Of a stretch of 64,000 nt of DNA, positions 31,704 to 45,525 are shown piece by piece. Numbering within the stretch: the first letter of the stretch is position 1; each line of letters starts with the position of its first letter. A model generated the notes under the pieces. The model was not told where the DNA came from and did no database searches. It was given only the letters and a program-made list of their open reading frames with translations. The stretch lies in assembly GCF_009914755.1 (NCBI RefSeq), contig NC_060926.1, one strand, 5' to 3'. The translations under genes were made by a program, and so were the position numbers. The stretch is from the human T2T-CHM13v2.0 reference genome, Homo sapiens.

Positions 31704-32437
31704 CTGATTAAAAAGAAAAGCCTAACGGATAGAATCTTTGCGGCAGATTCCCTTCATTATTCTCTCTAGACAAAACGTCACAGGCAGCATCTGGTGTCAG
31801 GAACAAATCATATTCTGACTTATATCTACACTAAACACTTTTGCAGCCATAAAACATGCTGCAAACTGGCTCAGAGACATCCATTTTTAAACAGCTGACA
31901 TTAATGATATATGTAGAGCGAACAAAAAGCTGTATTTTGCCCATCTCAGTATGCTATATTTTCTGGTGAAATCCTTTTGGAAGAAAAACTTGTGTATCAA
32001 ACTTCCTTTCAAGAAGAAATGTCCCCTCCAGAGTATGAAATGCTGTTAGAGCTATTTCCTCATTTAAGAGGGTGAAGTGTGTGGTGCAGCAATATGCAAT
32101 TATGTACCATTAGCATATTTTTGCAACTAGTAAACATCCAGCAATATGACCTTATATTTTACTGTACAAAGCTTGATTGAATAACTTACCACACAGATTA
32201 CTACTAGTGTTCTTAAAATATACAGTAAGAAGTGCAAGTGCAGAAAGAGGCAAAGCAATATACATCCTTTTCTTTGATGCAAAATAGTATTTGTCCCACT
32301 TCTGCTGTGTACCATAGAACAAGCTAAAATACTTCCTAAGGAGTAGATATTAAAAGGTTAAAAGGTGGCAATGATTTCATATTTGCCCAATGTAAATGAA
32401 GTATATCAAGAGTAGACAAATTAAAATCAGCTAGAAT

Positions 32438-32761
<324 letters not shown>

Positions 32762-32792
32762 TCATATAACATTTCAGGGCATAAAATAGCTC

Positions 32793-33032
32793 GAGGAGAT
32801 GATTAGGTCATGAAGGTGGTGCTCTCATGAATGCGATTAGTGCCTTTATAATAGAGGATACGGAAAAAAGCCTCTGACTACGAGGCCAAAAGTGGGCCCT
32901 CACCAGAAACTAATCTGCTGGTACTTTGCTCTTGGACTTTGCTCAGACTCCAGCACCATGAGAAATAAATTTCTGTTGTCTATAAGCTACCCAGTTTATA
33001 TTTTCTTATAGCAGTCTCAATGGACTAAGACA
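32793..33032 (+). mobile_element. MLT1A-type MaLR LTR fragment
   Basis: GATTAGGTCATGAAGGTGG...CCCTCACCAGA...TGAGAAATAAATTTCTGTTG...GGACTAAGACA. Confidence 0.85.
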
Positions 33033-34299
33033 GAGGTAAAGACAAGAGGTTTTCCAGAGATTTGCTGGTGCTTCATCCTAGAAGACTGTTTTTAGTTCTC
33101 AAGGGTGTTAAACTTTGGACTTTTCTATATACAGCTTGAATTTTTCTTTTAGCCCCTATCCTTATAAGTGGTTCTTGCATTCCTATATATGTGTCTTGTT
33201 ATTTTATCTCTTAAATTTCTAGTCCTTTTTAAAAACTCTTTAAATTTATTTGTGTTCATGTTTTATCTTTTCAAATCTTATTTTTCTACTTTATTTTTCT
33301 TCAAGATTTTTTCATATCAACCATCTCTTAACATTATGTAATCATCCTAGCTCATTAACCATGTATTTTTAAAAATTTGTCTTAATTCAGTTTATTTTTA
33401 CCCTCACTATTTTATTTTTCTTATTAGTATTGCTTAGCATTGACCGCTCTTTTTCATTTTTGTTAAATAATGAGGCAAATAAAATTCCTGGACATGTTAA
33501 GCTTGGATCTAAAAGCTAAAACATATTTCGAATAAGAAGGTTGGTCTGTTTTTTCTTTCTCCAATTATTACTGATATTTTTCTATGATGTGGGTATTTAT
33601 TGGGTTATAAGCTATGTCTGTTACATTTTGAAACATCAAAATAATTGATGGAAGTCAACATATATGCAGTTTAGACGTTTCTGAACATAATGTTCTGGTT
33701 TTACATTATCTGTTCAGACTCTGATTCAAGCTAATCTAGGTTTCTGTCCTTCACTGCCTAAACCTGCTCTCTGCTGTGTGCCTGCCATGGTTGGGCCACA
33801 TTCCCCTCTAATTATCCTTGAATATCATCCTAGTCCCATGTAGTGGTCCTCCAAAGGTAAAGCGTTCACTTCTAAATAACTAAAATTGGCAGCACCATAG
33901 TATATTCTAAACGGAATTCTTTCTGATCTAACAGTAGACTAATGAAAAGATTCTCCTATGAGATTTGTCAAAATGTTTCTGAATTTTCATGTATCATTTA
34001 GTCATTTTGCAGAGACTTCAGATTTGAAATCCAAAGTCTCTATCTAATGGAATTCATCATTATTCCTTAATACATGAAAACAGACCACTGCAAACTGGAC
34101 CTAGGATGCCTGCGCAGATTTCTATTCAGGAAAGATCCCTACAAGGATCCACGTTGCATTTAAAATTAATAATCAATGACTTTGAATTATTCAACAGAAC
34201 TCCTCTAATGAGAAATAATGAAGAATTATTAAGACTACTGAGTTAAAATTAAAACCCTCTAGGTTGAGTTTCTAGATTATAAGAAACTTATAAAACATG

Positions 34300-34425
34300 T
34301 GTTTTTGGTGCCTGCTTTATAGAGTTCATTTGGTAGTAAGTAAGGACCAGGAATCTGAATATTTAATAAGCACACCCCCATGAATCTGAACCAGGTGGTC
34401 CACAGACTGAAGTTTAGAAACACGA
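34300..34425. mobile_element. MER5-type (hAT-Charlie) fragment
   Basis: CCAGGAATCTGAATATTTAATAAGC...CAGGTGGTCCACAGAC...AGAAACAC. Confidence 0.6.
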
Positions 34426-35689
34426 CCTGTAACACTGATCTTTCAATTTCCCTGCCCTATTCTGAGCATCAAGATTTTTATCCAGATCAGAAATTTTGAC
34501 AAATTGGCATTTTAGAAAAAAATGAAACCTTATTAGAGTTATTTAAGAAAATAACAAACCTAGATTTGTCCCATAGGCTTCCATTCAGCTGTATTTGATT
34601 CTGTCTATTGATCAACAAGACCACTTTGTTTTTTTTTTCCCTGCATTCAGTAACTAATGCTGAGAAGCAACCCTTAGGGAAACAATTGTCCCAGTCCAGA
34701 TTGTGTATTAGTAAAGGTTTGGCAGTGAGTTAATCAATCGTGGCATCCAAATCCCCAGAAATTATCATACCAGCCAATGAATGGAAACACTGTTTGAACT
34801 GACAGAAGTTAAATTGGGAGCAAACAACTCTACAGGCTGTAGAACACTGGTAGTTCAAACACTGAACATGAGCAGTATGGTCAGCCCTTTTTAGACCTGT
34901 TAATAGTTATTTCCCCCCTTATAACTAGAAATAAACAGGTTTAAAAGTACAAATGTGAAGAAACTTCTACTGTAAAAGTCATGTATTTTAGGCCTGAAAT
35001 CTTGCTTTCACATTTAGAAGCCCTTTCTTCTAATTGCAGGTAATAAATCTTACTCTAGTTATTTAGAGATAAGTTTAGTCACCCTACCAAGTCATTTACT
35101 TCTGTTAGTTTCAATAATCCCATTAGATTTGGGTGCCTTTTTCATATGAATTAGTAAATATTATTTTTTTATTATTCTTTTTGAGTTGGTGCATACAGAT
35201 AGTCCTCAGCAAGGTGCAATGAACAAGGTTGGCACTTTTCATGCTGTTGCTCACATACTGGCTATCCTGAATTATCCTTCATAATCAAGACTTTGATTGT
35301 TATCAGAGGGCAATATAAGAACCAGCATTTTGAATTCTGTTTCTTTAAGCTTTGAAGGTATTAATAAGAAATTGTCCTCTTATCCCCACAATATCACCCT
35401 CTATACATGCAAATGCATTTTGTAGGATTTAGGTGAAGAAGGGTCCATTGTAACTACTTTTTGAAAAATAAGTTAGAAAAATCCATCTTTCCTCCTTTCT
35501 CGGTGTCTGCCAGAAAAGATGGCCATTATGATACAAATGGTTTTCCTTTTGTTTCTTCTTAAATTCTGCTCATTTATTTTTATGTATTAATTTTATTTAA
35601 AAAATTCTTTTAGCTTTGGATTTGGTTTGTTTTTATCCTGATCCACCAGACTAGGTGGAAAGAATAACATTGTTTTGATTAATATTCTT

Positions 35690-37050
35690 TAGGTTGGTGA
35701 CATCATTTCTTCACTGTTCCAAGTAATATCCCATTTTTTATTTTTTATTTTTAATCCTTTTATACCCCGTTCCCAGTTCTATTTTCCTATTCTGACATCC
35801 ATTTTAACATATTTAAGGTGAATGTTGCTAATCTATTTTTTTTACTGTGTCTTGTATGTGTAAAGTCAATGAACCACGAACAATAATATTTGATGTTCGC
35901 TCTATGATGTTACATTGAAATGTATCTCACTGCACTTTTCTTTGCAAAATTTTTTCTCATCGTTATTTTAAAAATTCATTCATTTTGATACTTATAAATC
36001 GGATCACCATTTTTAATTGCTATATAGCATTTCATCATAATGTAATTGATTTCTTCCTTCACTGATGGAAGAAAGGCTGTTTCCAATATTTTTGCTGTTA
36101 TGAATTATTGTGAATATCTTTCTATATTCATGTGAAAGTATAGGTAAAACAATTAAAGATGAAGATTTTTTTTTTTATTTTCGGATGCCATTTTATCTAT
36201 ATAGGACAACCAAAAGAATAAATGGGTAAATTTAAGTAAGAATTAATTTTTTTAAGTTTAATAGGGCATCTGAATACAAGATCAATATTTTAAAAGCAGT
36301 AGTGTTTTTCCATTAGTTTCAGTAATTACAATTACAGCCTTTCTTTTCTCTCTTTGAATTCCATTTCTTTATTTTCCTTTTTCAAATTTTTATATTACAC
36401 TTATCATCTCATTATTCTATTCTGATGTAATGAAAGAAAATTCCTAAATCAAAATTTGGATTTGTTTACTATTTAGTGCAACAATGGACTGTTTTTGTTT
36501 AAAACTGTATTTTTTATCTTCACCTCCACCATCTCCAGGTGTTTGTTTATACATTTTTTTCTAACTCTTTCTGCTGATGTTCCTTTGATTAAATACCTTC
36601 TGTCATCTTCCTGAAATTGTTGGTTTTATTTGGTTTGACTTTTTCTGGCTGCTCTGTCATCTATTCCCTTGGATATAATGTCTTTTGTTTGTTTTCAGTT
36701 TCTTTAGGCTCTAGTGTTTCTTGGATGTCTGGTAGTTCCTTGCTTCATTAATATTTCCAGTTGAGAAACTGCACAACACTGTTGGCTGCTGCTCCTCTAT
36801 CGCAGCCCTCTCCCAGCTTTCAGCAAGGGCCCCAGGCTGCTGTTCTAATCCTGTATCTGACCCCATTTGCCCTCAGTCTCTAAGGTCCTTAACAACATCT
36901 GTTGCTCCAAGATATTCCCTTTTACCTCTAGGCATTTGCATTTTTTTTTTCTTTTTTATCCTCAACATATATTGATTATGGAGAAGGCAGACAACAAATT
37001 GAACTATCTTCTATTTGTGTTTTAATGTAGAAAGAATTATCCTGAGGTGG
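35690..37050. mobile_element. Patchwork of very old L1 fragments
   Basis: Antisense L1ME-like 3' UTR (TTTTAATTGCTATATAGCATTTCAT; ACTGATGGA) and a sense ORF2-like piece (GAATACAAGATCAATAT). Approximate. Confidence 0.45.
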
Positions 37051-37169
37051 TCATATAATTTATCAAACCCGTACACTTATGAATGTTAAAAGTGACACTA
37101 ACTGAAACATACAGTCTACTTTAATTCTTCTTGAAAAAAGATGGACTATCAAAAGATTTCATAGGTTTA

Positions 37170-37490
<321 letters not shown>

Positions 37491-37543
37491 AATTCTATCT
37501 ATCTAATGAATTTTCATGAAAAGATCTGTGATACATATTTTAA

Positions 37544-37842
<299 letters not shown>

Positions 37843-38300
37843 TAAAGTAACATTTTACATGAAAAAGCATGTAACTTATTAAGTATGATATTATTTTAGA
37901 GAAACTGTACACTTAAAGTTTGGAAATTGCTTTTCTTTTCCTTTTCCTTTTTTGCTTTCAAATGAGATGAATAACAAAACGACTGTAGTGTATCAGTGGC
38001 ATGATGTTGCTCTGTACACGACAGTTTCCCCACATTTATTAAATTTATTGAAAATAATCCTTTTGTCTATAATGGTAGAAAGTAGTTGCCAATTAGTTCT
38101 AACCTTAGCAAATTAACTAATTTTCCTTTTCCTGTCTTGTTGAGATGTATGAGACCAGAAACTGCTATAGAAATTGGATAAGAAATTAATTGGAGTTCCA
38201 AAAATCTCACATTCTGACAATAAAGCTTTGTGGTCAAATGATGAATTTCTAGCCTCGATTCTGATTTAATGAGGTTTACATATTACACTTGAAACCATAA

Positions 38301-38799
38301 TATGGTAAACAGAATAACAGTCCCCAAAAGATGTACATGATCTAATCACAGAACCTGTGAATGTGTTGCTTTATGTTGGAAAAGAGATTTTGTAGACTTT
38401 AAAAATCTCAATATTGGAAGATTATCCTCGATTATGTGAGTGAGCCCAATAGAGTTGCAGAAGTTCTTATAAGGGGGAGGCAGAAAGTTCAGATTCAGAA
38501 AAGGAGATGAGACAATGGAAGCAGAGGTCAGGCAGTAAAAGAAGGATTTAAAGATACTAGGCTGCTGGCCTTAAACATGAGGGAAAGGGTCATGAACCAA
38601 GAAATGTAAATAGCCTCTAGTAGCTGAAAAAAGTAAGGGAAACTTTCTCCCTTAGAGCCTTCAGAAGGAATGTAGCCACCCTGATGACACCTGGACTTCA
38701 GAGCTTCTGAACTCCAGAACTATAAAATAATAAATGTATGTTGTTTTAAGGCACTAAGTTTGAGGTAATTTGTTACAGAAGCAATAGGAGACTAATGTG
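38301..38799 (+). mobile_element. MLT1D-like MaLR LTR
   Basis: CAGAATAACAGTCCCCAAAAGATG...TAGAGCCTTCAGAAGGAA...CTCCAGAACTATAAAATAATAAAT...TAATTTGTTACAG. Confidence 0.85.
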
Positions 38800-38922
38800 T
38801 GTATCTGTCCTTGGAAACCTTACACAGAATATGTCCTCTGGTCATTGGACTCAAGTTTTGCTGAACTGTCCCCTTATTTCTGCCATCCAAAATGACAGCA
38901 CAGTATCAAACAGGATTTTAAC

Positions 38923-39095
38923 ATATATAATGTCTATAATTATATAAACACAACTGATTACATATTTATATAATATAGTATGTAATTATAATGTAATATA
39001 TAATTATGTATTAAATAAAAATAAATATATTTATATCTAAATATAAATATATTTTTATATAGACTTAAATTTATTCAAATATAAGTAAATATATA
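38923..39095. repeat. AT-rich low-complexity tract with an internal inverted repeat
   Basis: Almost entirely A/T; 14-bp arms at 39023-39036 and 39041-39054. Confidence 0.85.
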
Positions 39096-40141
39096 GTCAC
39101 AGCATCAGTGTATTTTTGGGAACTTGCTTTGTGGTGCTATAAGTGAAGTCAGACTAACCTTTGTGGCACAATTTATACTCATAACAGATAATTTTGCTGT
39201 CAAATCACCACTTAATAATTTCCTTTATTAAACTTTCATCTACAAAGAGCACACATGGGTTAGTGATATAACTCCCCAAGTTGTTTCTAAATTCTCCAGC
39301 TCTTCTCTCGCAATCCTAACTCTCCCTGCATTCGGAATCCTAAAGATCTTCAATTATCACGGCCTTTCTTGAGATTAGGGAAACTGCTCTTTAATCATCA
39401 CATTTTTTTACTCACTCAAAACTATAATTCCTACAAAATTTTCTCATAATGCCCAGAGCCAAGTTTCAAGAATTCAAAAAATTCTTTACTCGATGAAAGC
39501 CAGTGCTCTGAATTTTATTATTATTTCTGCTACACAAACAAAAATATTTATTTATAAATTATTATGTCCTGTTTGTTCTAGGCTAATGTGTACTTCTCCT
39601 TGAGGCAATAAACGCTACTGGGTGGAGTGTAATAATAGTAACAACAAGAAATGAAACCTTGCTTACTTCCTCAAAAAGCTCACACTGTACTAGATGTATT
39701 GCTTGGCTCATTCACCTCAAGGAAAAAGGATCAACCCTGGATAGTGATGCCCCTTACATATGTATTCACAGAGACGAGGAAAGCAATCACGGGCATGCCC
39801 CAGAGGCCAGGACATTTTAGAGCTCTTTCTCTGCAATCTCTGCTTTTGGGAAATCTCTGCTTAATCAAAGTATCTGTTTTTTTGCCGCCTAAAGAGTGCT
39901 TTCATTTGTAAGATCCATTGTGTATCTGTTTTTGTGCTTTAAAAGTAAATATCAGAAGAAATTTCCTGTTGCTGTGCAGTAATCTTAGTCAAATCTCAGC
40001 TTCCAATACCACCAACCATCACCATCAGCATTTCAGTATTTTTTTTTTTTTTGCTTTTTAATGTAATTTCTGGTGACCATTTGTGTGGATTAGTCTTCAC
40101 ATTTGTGGACTGAGACTCGCAGGAATGAGTTTCCTAACATA

Positions 40142-40793
40142 TGTAGGGGTAAAGGGAATTTTCCCTACCCTTCAAATGTTTGAATTAGCTAAAAAAAAAA
40201 ACTAACAAACAAAAAAAACAAACCAACCAAAAAAATCTGACAGTAGATTAACAAAAGAAAAAGGAAAGTTTAGTATGAGTACAAGGAAATCACAGGACAG
40301 TGATTACCCAATGACCCAGTGAGGTGTAGAAGCTTATATACTCTTCTTCATAGTGAACAGGGAGATGGGGAAAAGTAGGTAAATTTGAGGGGTGGTACAT
40401 GATTTTTAGGACCATCAAATGGGCCCAAAAAACAGACAATAGTTTGTAAATGATTCTCTTTGGAAATTGAATGGGACTGAAGAACAGACAATGGCTTGTG
40501 ACAAAGTCAGTGTTTGATGACATTCCTCAGTCTTCCTTTCTACAATATGAGTTGAATTTTCCTTGGTTAATACATTTTAGGGAGGGGGTGGAAGGCAAAG
40601 GCATTCCTCCTGGAGGAACTTCAGATAAGGGAACTTCAGAGAGAGAGTTCACCCTATGCTTGTGAGTGGAAACAGAAGGTCAGAAAGTCCGTGGTTCTGA
40701 GACTGCTTCCAAGGCCTTTTAATTTTCTTTAGTTCAAAGTGCTCAGCATGCCAAAGTGCCATACTTTGGAGAATTATTTTCTGCGCTGCAATA
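40142..40793 (-). mobile_element. ERV1 solo LTR, MER34/LTR29/LTR48 group
   Basis: Minus strand ...CAGAAAATAATTCTCCAAAGTATGGCACTTTGGCATGCTGAGCACTTTGAACTAAAG...CCCCTACA; near-TSD CATA/CATC. Confidence 0.85.
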
Positions 40794-41521
40794 CATCCAA
40801 CAGCTTTTTGCCAATCTGGAATAGTTATTATTTATAAATCAAGCTGGTGTCTTACCCAGGAAGGTACAGATTCAATATTACGACGCTGAAGAATAAGTAT
40901 CTGCCTACAGAAATAGGTGTAAGCATTGCAGAAAGCCTCCTGAAATAAAACTATCCAGCAGACTCTCCTATGTGGCTCATTAAAATCAATCTGCAAAAGC
41001 AACAGATATGTAGTGGGAGAAGAACTTAGATTAAAGAAGAAAGTTCTGGTTAGATTTGAAACATATAAAGAAGAGGGTAGGCTTGTGAGATGCAAATTAC
41101 CATGTACTGTGAGAGTCCATGGTTTTGGTTTGCTAAGGGATAGCACTGGGGTTCTCAGAATGTGGTAGTGCAATTAATAAAAGAGAAAAATGAGGTCATC
41201 TAGTGGAGGTTGGAGAAGACCCATATTTCACACATTCAGGTAGTCACACTCTTCAAGCATTGTGGGTTTTGATAACAACATGCTCCCTTAAAATTGTGGA
41301 AATGAGGTACACTAATACTAAATTCTCAAAGCTTATCAACAGTGCAGAAACATTTCATTCAGATCCTTCTTTGGGAACTGGATCATAATATGGGTTGAAA
41401 CTAGTGTCAGGAATTCAGCTAAGTTGGGAGAGAATGAGATTGCTGAGTTGTCAGGTGTCAGGATAGCCGAATAAAACAATAAGCCAAAAAAGAAAGCCTT
41501 AAGATTTTAATCTCTTATGGC

Positions 41522-42060
41522 TGTGATATATGCAAGAGGCTAAAACCAGAGAAAACACAGACTCCCTCTGCTCCATTTTCCACCACAGAACAGAGCACCT
41601 GTGGGAGGTCAGGTGAATCAATATAGATGTGATGTCCTCTCACAGCTGAGGGAGCCTCCAACAAAAGGCTTGGCAATGTTATAGACTCTGGGGTTGGTGG
41701 AGAGGTGAAGGGAGAGCAGTAGTCGTGGAAAAGTGCTGGGTGCTGTGTCAGAGTGGGGAAAAGTGTCTTTAAGCCCCACCTACAAACCATAAGGAAGCCT
41801 TGGTAGAGACACCTGAAGAGAAACTCTGCCCAAGGCCTCAGATAGAAACCTAGGAAAGAAGACACCTGGGCTAGGAAGGTAAATGCATGAAGAGCATGAC
41901 CTGCCTGGGGAACCTGAATCCTTGACTGCAACCCCCTGCAGAGACCTCCCCGTGCACTGGCTGTGCACCCTATCTGCAGTGGGGAGAGCAGCTTTCTTCT
42001 CCATGAGACCTGCTAGGCAAAGCCTTTGTAATTGCTTATGGTCAGGCTTGATAGGTCACA
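41522..42060 (+). mobile_element. Possible ancient LTR (family unresolved)
   Basis: GC-richer 539-bp island bounded by TGTGA...TCACA; no TSD seen. Confidence 0.3.
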
Positions 42061-42806
42061 CAAAGGTTTTTAAATAGAAGGCGGACTCCTCAGGCAATAG
42101 AGACCACCAAACTCTACTACTTTAGACAGTCACTTAAAATACGTAATGTAAATAACTAATGCCTTTTAATTTTATTTAAATTTATTCCTTCTGGCTTAGC
42201 CTAGTAGTAGTTTGTGGATGTCACGACAGGTGACATTTGATATTTAACTTTGAGGAGATAAAAATGGCAGAGTCTATCTAGAAGTGCCTCTCAATGACAG
42301 ATATTTGAATGAAATGTAACATCTAACACAAAAATGTTTTCAATATTTGGATTTGGGTCATTTTGTAAACACCACTTGCAATGTTCCAAATTTATTAGGA
42401 TCTCCACTAAAATGAATATTTTTGTTGCATTTATTATTACTGAAGCTGCCACTTTATTTCAAGTACCAGTATAGGCAATATGCAAAATGTTCACTTTAAA
42501 GTGTATGCAGGAAAGGAACATTAAATATTGAATGAATATACATATTGTCTGTGTTTGCCTTCGTGTCATTCACATGATCACCCTTCAAGCAGGTTTTCAA
42601 GGGCAAGGGTTTATTAGTTTAGGCTACAAGCAGTAAAGATTAGAACTGACAGAGACCCAAGGGTCAATAGAGGACGTTTTTCTCCATACTGAGTGTTAAC
42701 TTCACTTGTGGCTTAGCTAGGAGGATTTTATTTAAACAAACAATGGGAGTAGGAATATAATAACCAATGACTCTTTCACTTGCTGTAAATTACAATAATT
42801 CATTTT

Positions 42807-43125
<319 letters not shown>

Positions 43126-43448
43126 TAAAATTCTAAGAGAAAAATATTTTGAAAAAGCAGCAAGTGCTGAAGCAGATACATTAAAAATGGAGCATCGTTC
43201 ATAGCTTTGACTGATATTTTGGTGTTTGCAAAATATACCTCACTGGGTAAGCATTTTTGGAAGTAAAAGCTGATACAGTTTTCCTCATTTATTTAAAACA
43301 CAATATTGGTAAATTTCAAAACATTTCTGCTGTGCAAAAGTTTAGAGAAATGTGCCATTTGAAATATCAACTTCTCTGAATAATTGGGAATAAATGTTTT
43401 TAGCTAAACAACAGATTTGTGTTTTAATTATTTGTGTTCTTTCCCCAG

Positions 43449-43528
43449 ATATATGATCTCTGGTTGTTTTGTGATCCCAGGATCTACTGAGATGTATAGC
43501 ATAAGAAGTTATACACATCCTGGATTTT
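43449..43528 (+). other. Weak candidate 80-nt exon
   Basis: TTTGTGTTCTTTCCCCAG|ATATATG...GATTTT|GTAAGT. Confidence 0.2.
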
Positions 43529-43989
43529 GTAAGTTTCCCAGCTTCTCCATTGTTCTTGAGTATCATTTTTCAGGGCAATCATAAAAATGGGCAGGGCATG
43601 AAGCATTGCACTTCTAAAACTTGCAAATCTGAAACCTGGATTTCCAAACATATCAGAGGTATGTGTAAAATAAGAATACCTATTTTCTGAGTGAAGGCTT
43701 GAGGGAGTCCTCTATGAATAAATGACACTATTTTGACTACCTAGAGGTCATTTTTGTGTTCCTTTGTTTTATTTGTTAGACAGGTGGAGCTGCTTGGTAT
43801 TTAAATTCTACCCAGGAGGAATGTTACTGTATTTCTTTGGATTACCTATCATTTTCTCCACTGAGATGATGAAAGGTTTCAGATGTCAGAGGATAATGGA
43901 AAACAGTGAGGTGAAGAGTTCAGCTTTCTGCACATGCATCTGACTTTTACCGTCTTGTAAGACAGAGAATCTAGATTCTTATGGCTTAT

Positions 43990-44126
43990 TAGAATTTTCT
44001 AGGAAGCTTTTAATATATATCTTTATACTTGGCTTTACCCCAGTCTTTCTAGGGGTAGGGACTTGAGCATCAGATATTTTCAAAATCCCCAACTGATTCT
44101 AATGTGCAGGAGGTTGTGAATCATTG
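43990..44126. mobile_element. MER5-type fragment
   Basis: TGAGCATCAGATATTTTCAAAATCCCCAACTGATTCTAATGTGCAG. Confidence 0.55.
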
Positions 44127-44267
44127 GTCTAATGTCAAGTCAATGATATTCTCCAAAATCAAGTTTCTCATCTATATAATAAAAATGTTGGATTATAAAA
44201 TGGCTTCCACTTTTTTTTGAAAGGGGACACAAATCTCAATCTATATCTTAAGAAAAATCTTAACATT

Positions 44268-44783
44268 TGTGGAAATAAACAAAGACCAACCAAATTAGAA
44301 AACAAAAGCTTTTATTCAAAGCTTGCTATAGCAAGGGAGTTAGCCTTTGTCCCTTGCATTTTGGCAGAGACTCAAAGGCAGGCAGAGGAGTGGAAAAGTT
44401 TTAATTAGTGGAGAAAGAGAAGGTTTCAATTATGCCCTGATCAAAGGCTTTTGGCATGGGGAATGCTACAGGCTAACTAGAAGTGGGACATCCTATGGAA
44501 TGGCTAAGGGATACATACATTCTCTGATTGGTCCTAAGTTGGACATGGGAACCAAAATTAGAAAAGTTGTAATTTATTAAGTTCCGACTATTCAGAGCTG
44601 ATTGTTACAGAATTTTTTGCTTCTAGATTGTTACTCGAGATGGCAATCTGGCTTTCCACAAGTCTGACTTACGGCAGGCTGGCTTCCTGATTGGGATCCT
44701 AGGCAGGTTGCTGCCAGTTATAGGTCAGAGTTTTATTTTTATATATGGTCTGGCCATGGTCCATTGGTATATTCAGTCTCTCA
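44268..44783 (-). mobile_element. ERV1 solo LTR, MER67-like
   Basis: Minus strand TGAGAGACTGAATATACCAATGGACCATGGCCAGACCATATATAAAAATAAAACTCTGACC; perfect 4-bp TSD CATT. Confidence 0.85.
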
Positions 44784-45525
44784 CATTTATAATCCAAATT
44801 CCTGTCACTCCCTTCTCCCTGTCTCCCACAAAAAAAATAAAAGGAAAGGAAAGGCTTAAACCTTATCTCATATAATAGTGGAATCTATTCCCTACTTTAG
44901 TTCTCATCAATCATCTCCTTCCTCTCTATCCTGGAGGGAAAGCAGAATTGCCTGAATGTACCTCCTGAGTATTGGCAGCCTGCTTTTCTGCAGTTATCTA
45001 GCTCATAAGCATTGTTTCAGCATCTCTGAAACATGATCTCCATTCCCGTAGAAGGACCCAAGTTAGAGCAGCTCTTTCTCTGCTTTCCCTGTAACATAAA
45101 CATGGCTATTAGTATCACGTTATTACTAAAGTTTTACAGATTATGGAAGTGGTGTTGGGATACTTTTAGCAAAAAGAATAAAGCAAATCATAATATAATA
45201 CCCTGAATTCTAAAATTCATCAACCATCTCCACCACAAGAACATTCTTACTGGTCGTCTTCTGAGATTTCACTTCATACCATGTTGCAGAGCAAACTCCC
45301 CATGTCCGCCCTTCCATTAATTCTCTCTTCTGCTTCTTGTGCACACCAAGGTCACTCTTAACACCATTCTGACAGCATTTTGTTTCAAAGGTATAGCAGG
45401 AGGAAATTGAGCATGTTTCTTATATTATAATACGGTATAATTTGCATATTTGGTATAAAGCTCTTATCTATATCAGGCCCAAAGAACTTTGCTTTTTGAC
45501 CAAAAGGCTTATTAAGATATTTTCT

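Noticed and set aside
41515-41931. 138-aa minus-strand ORF as a host gene
   Set aside because: No recognisable homology or splice context; overlapping ORFs on both strands are explained by local GC content.
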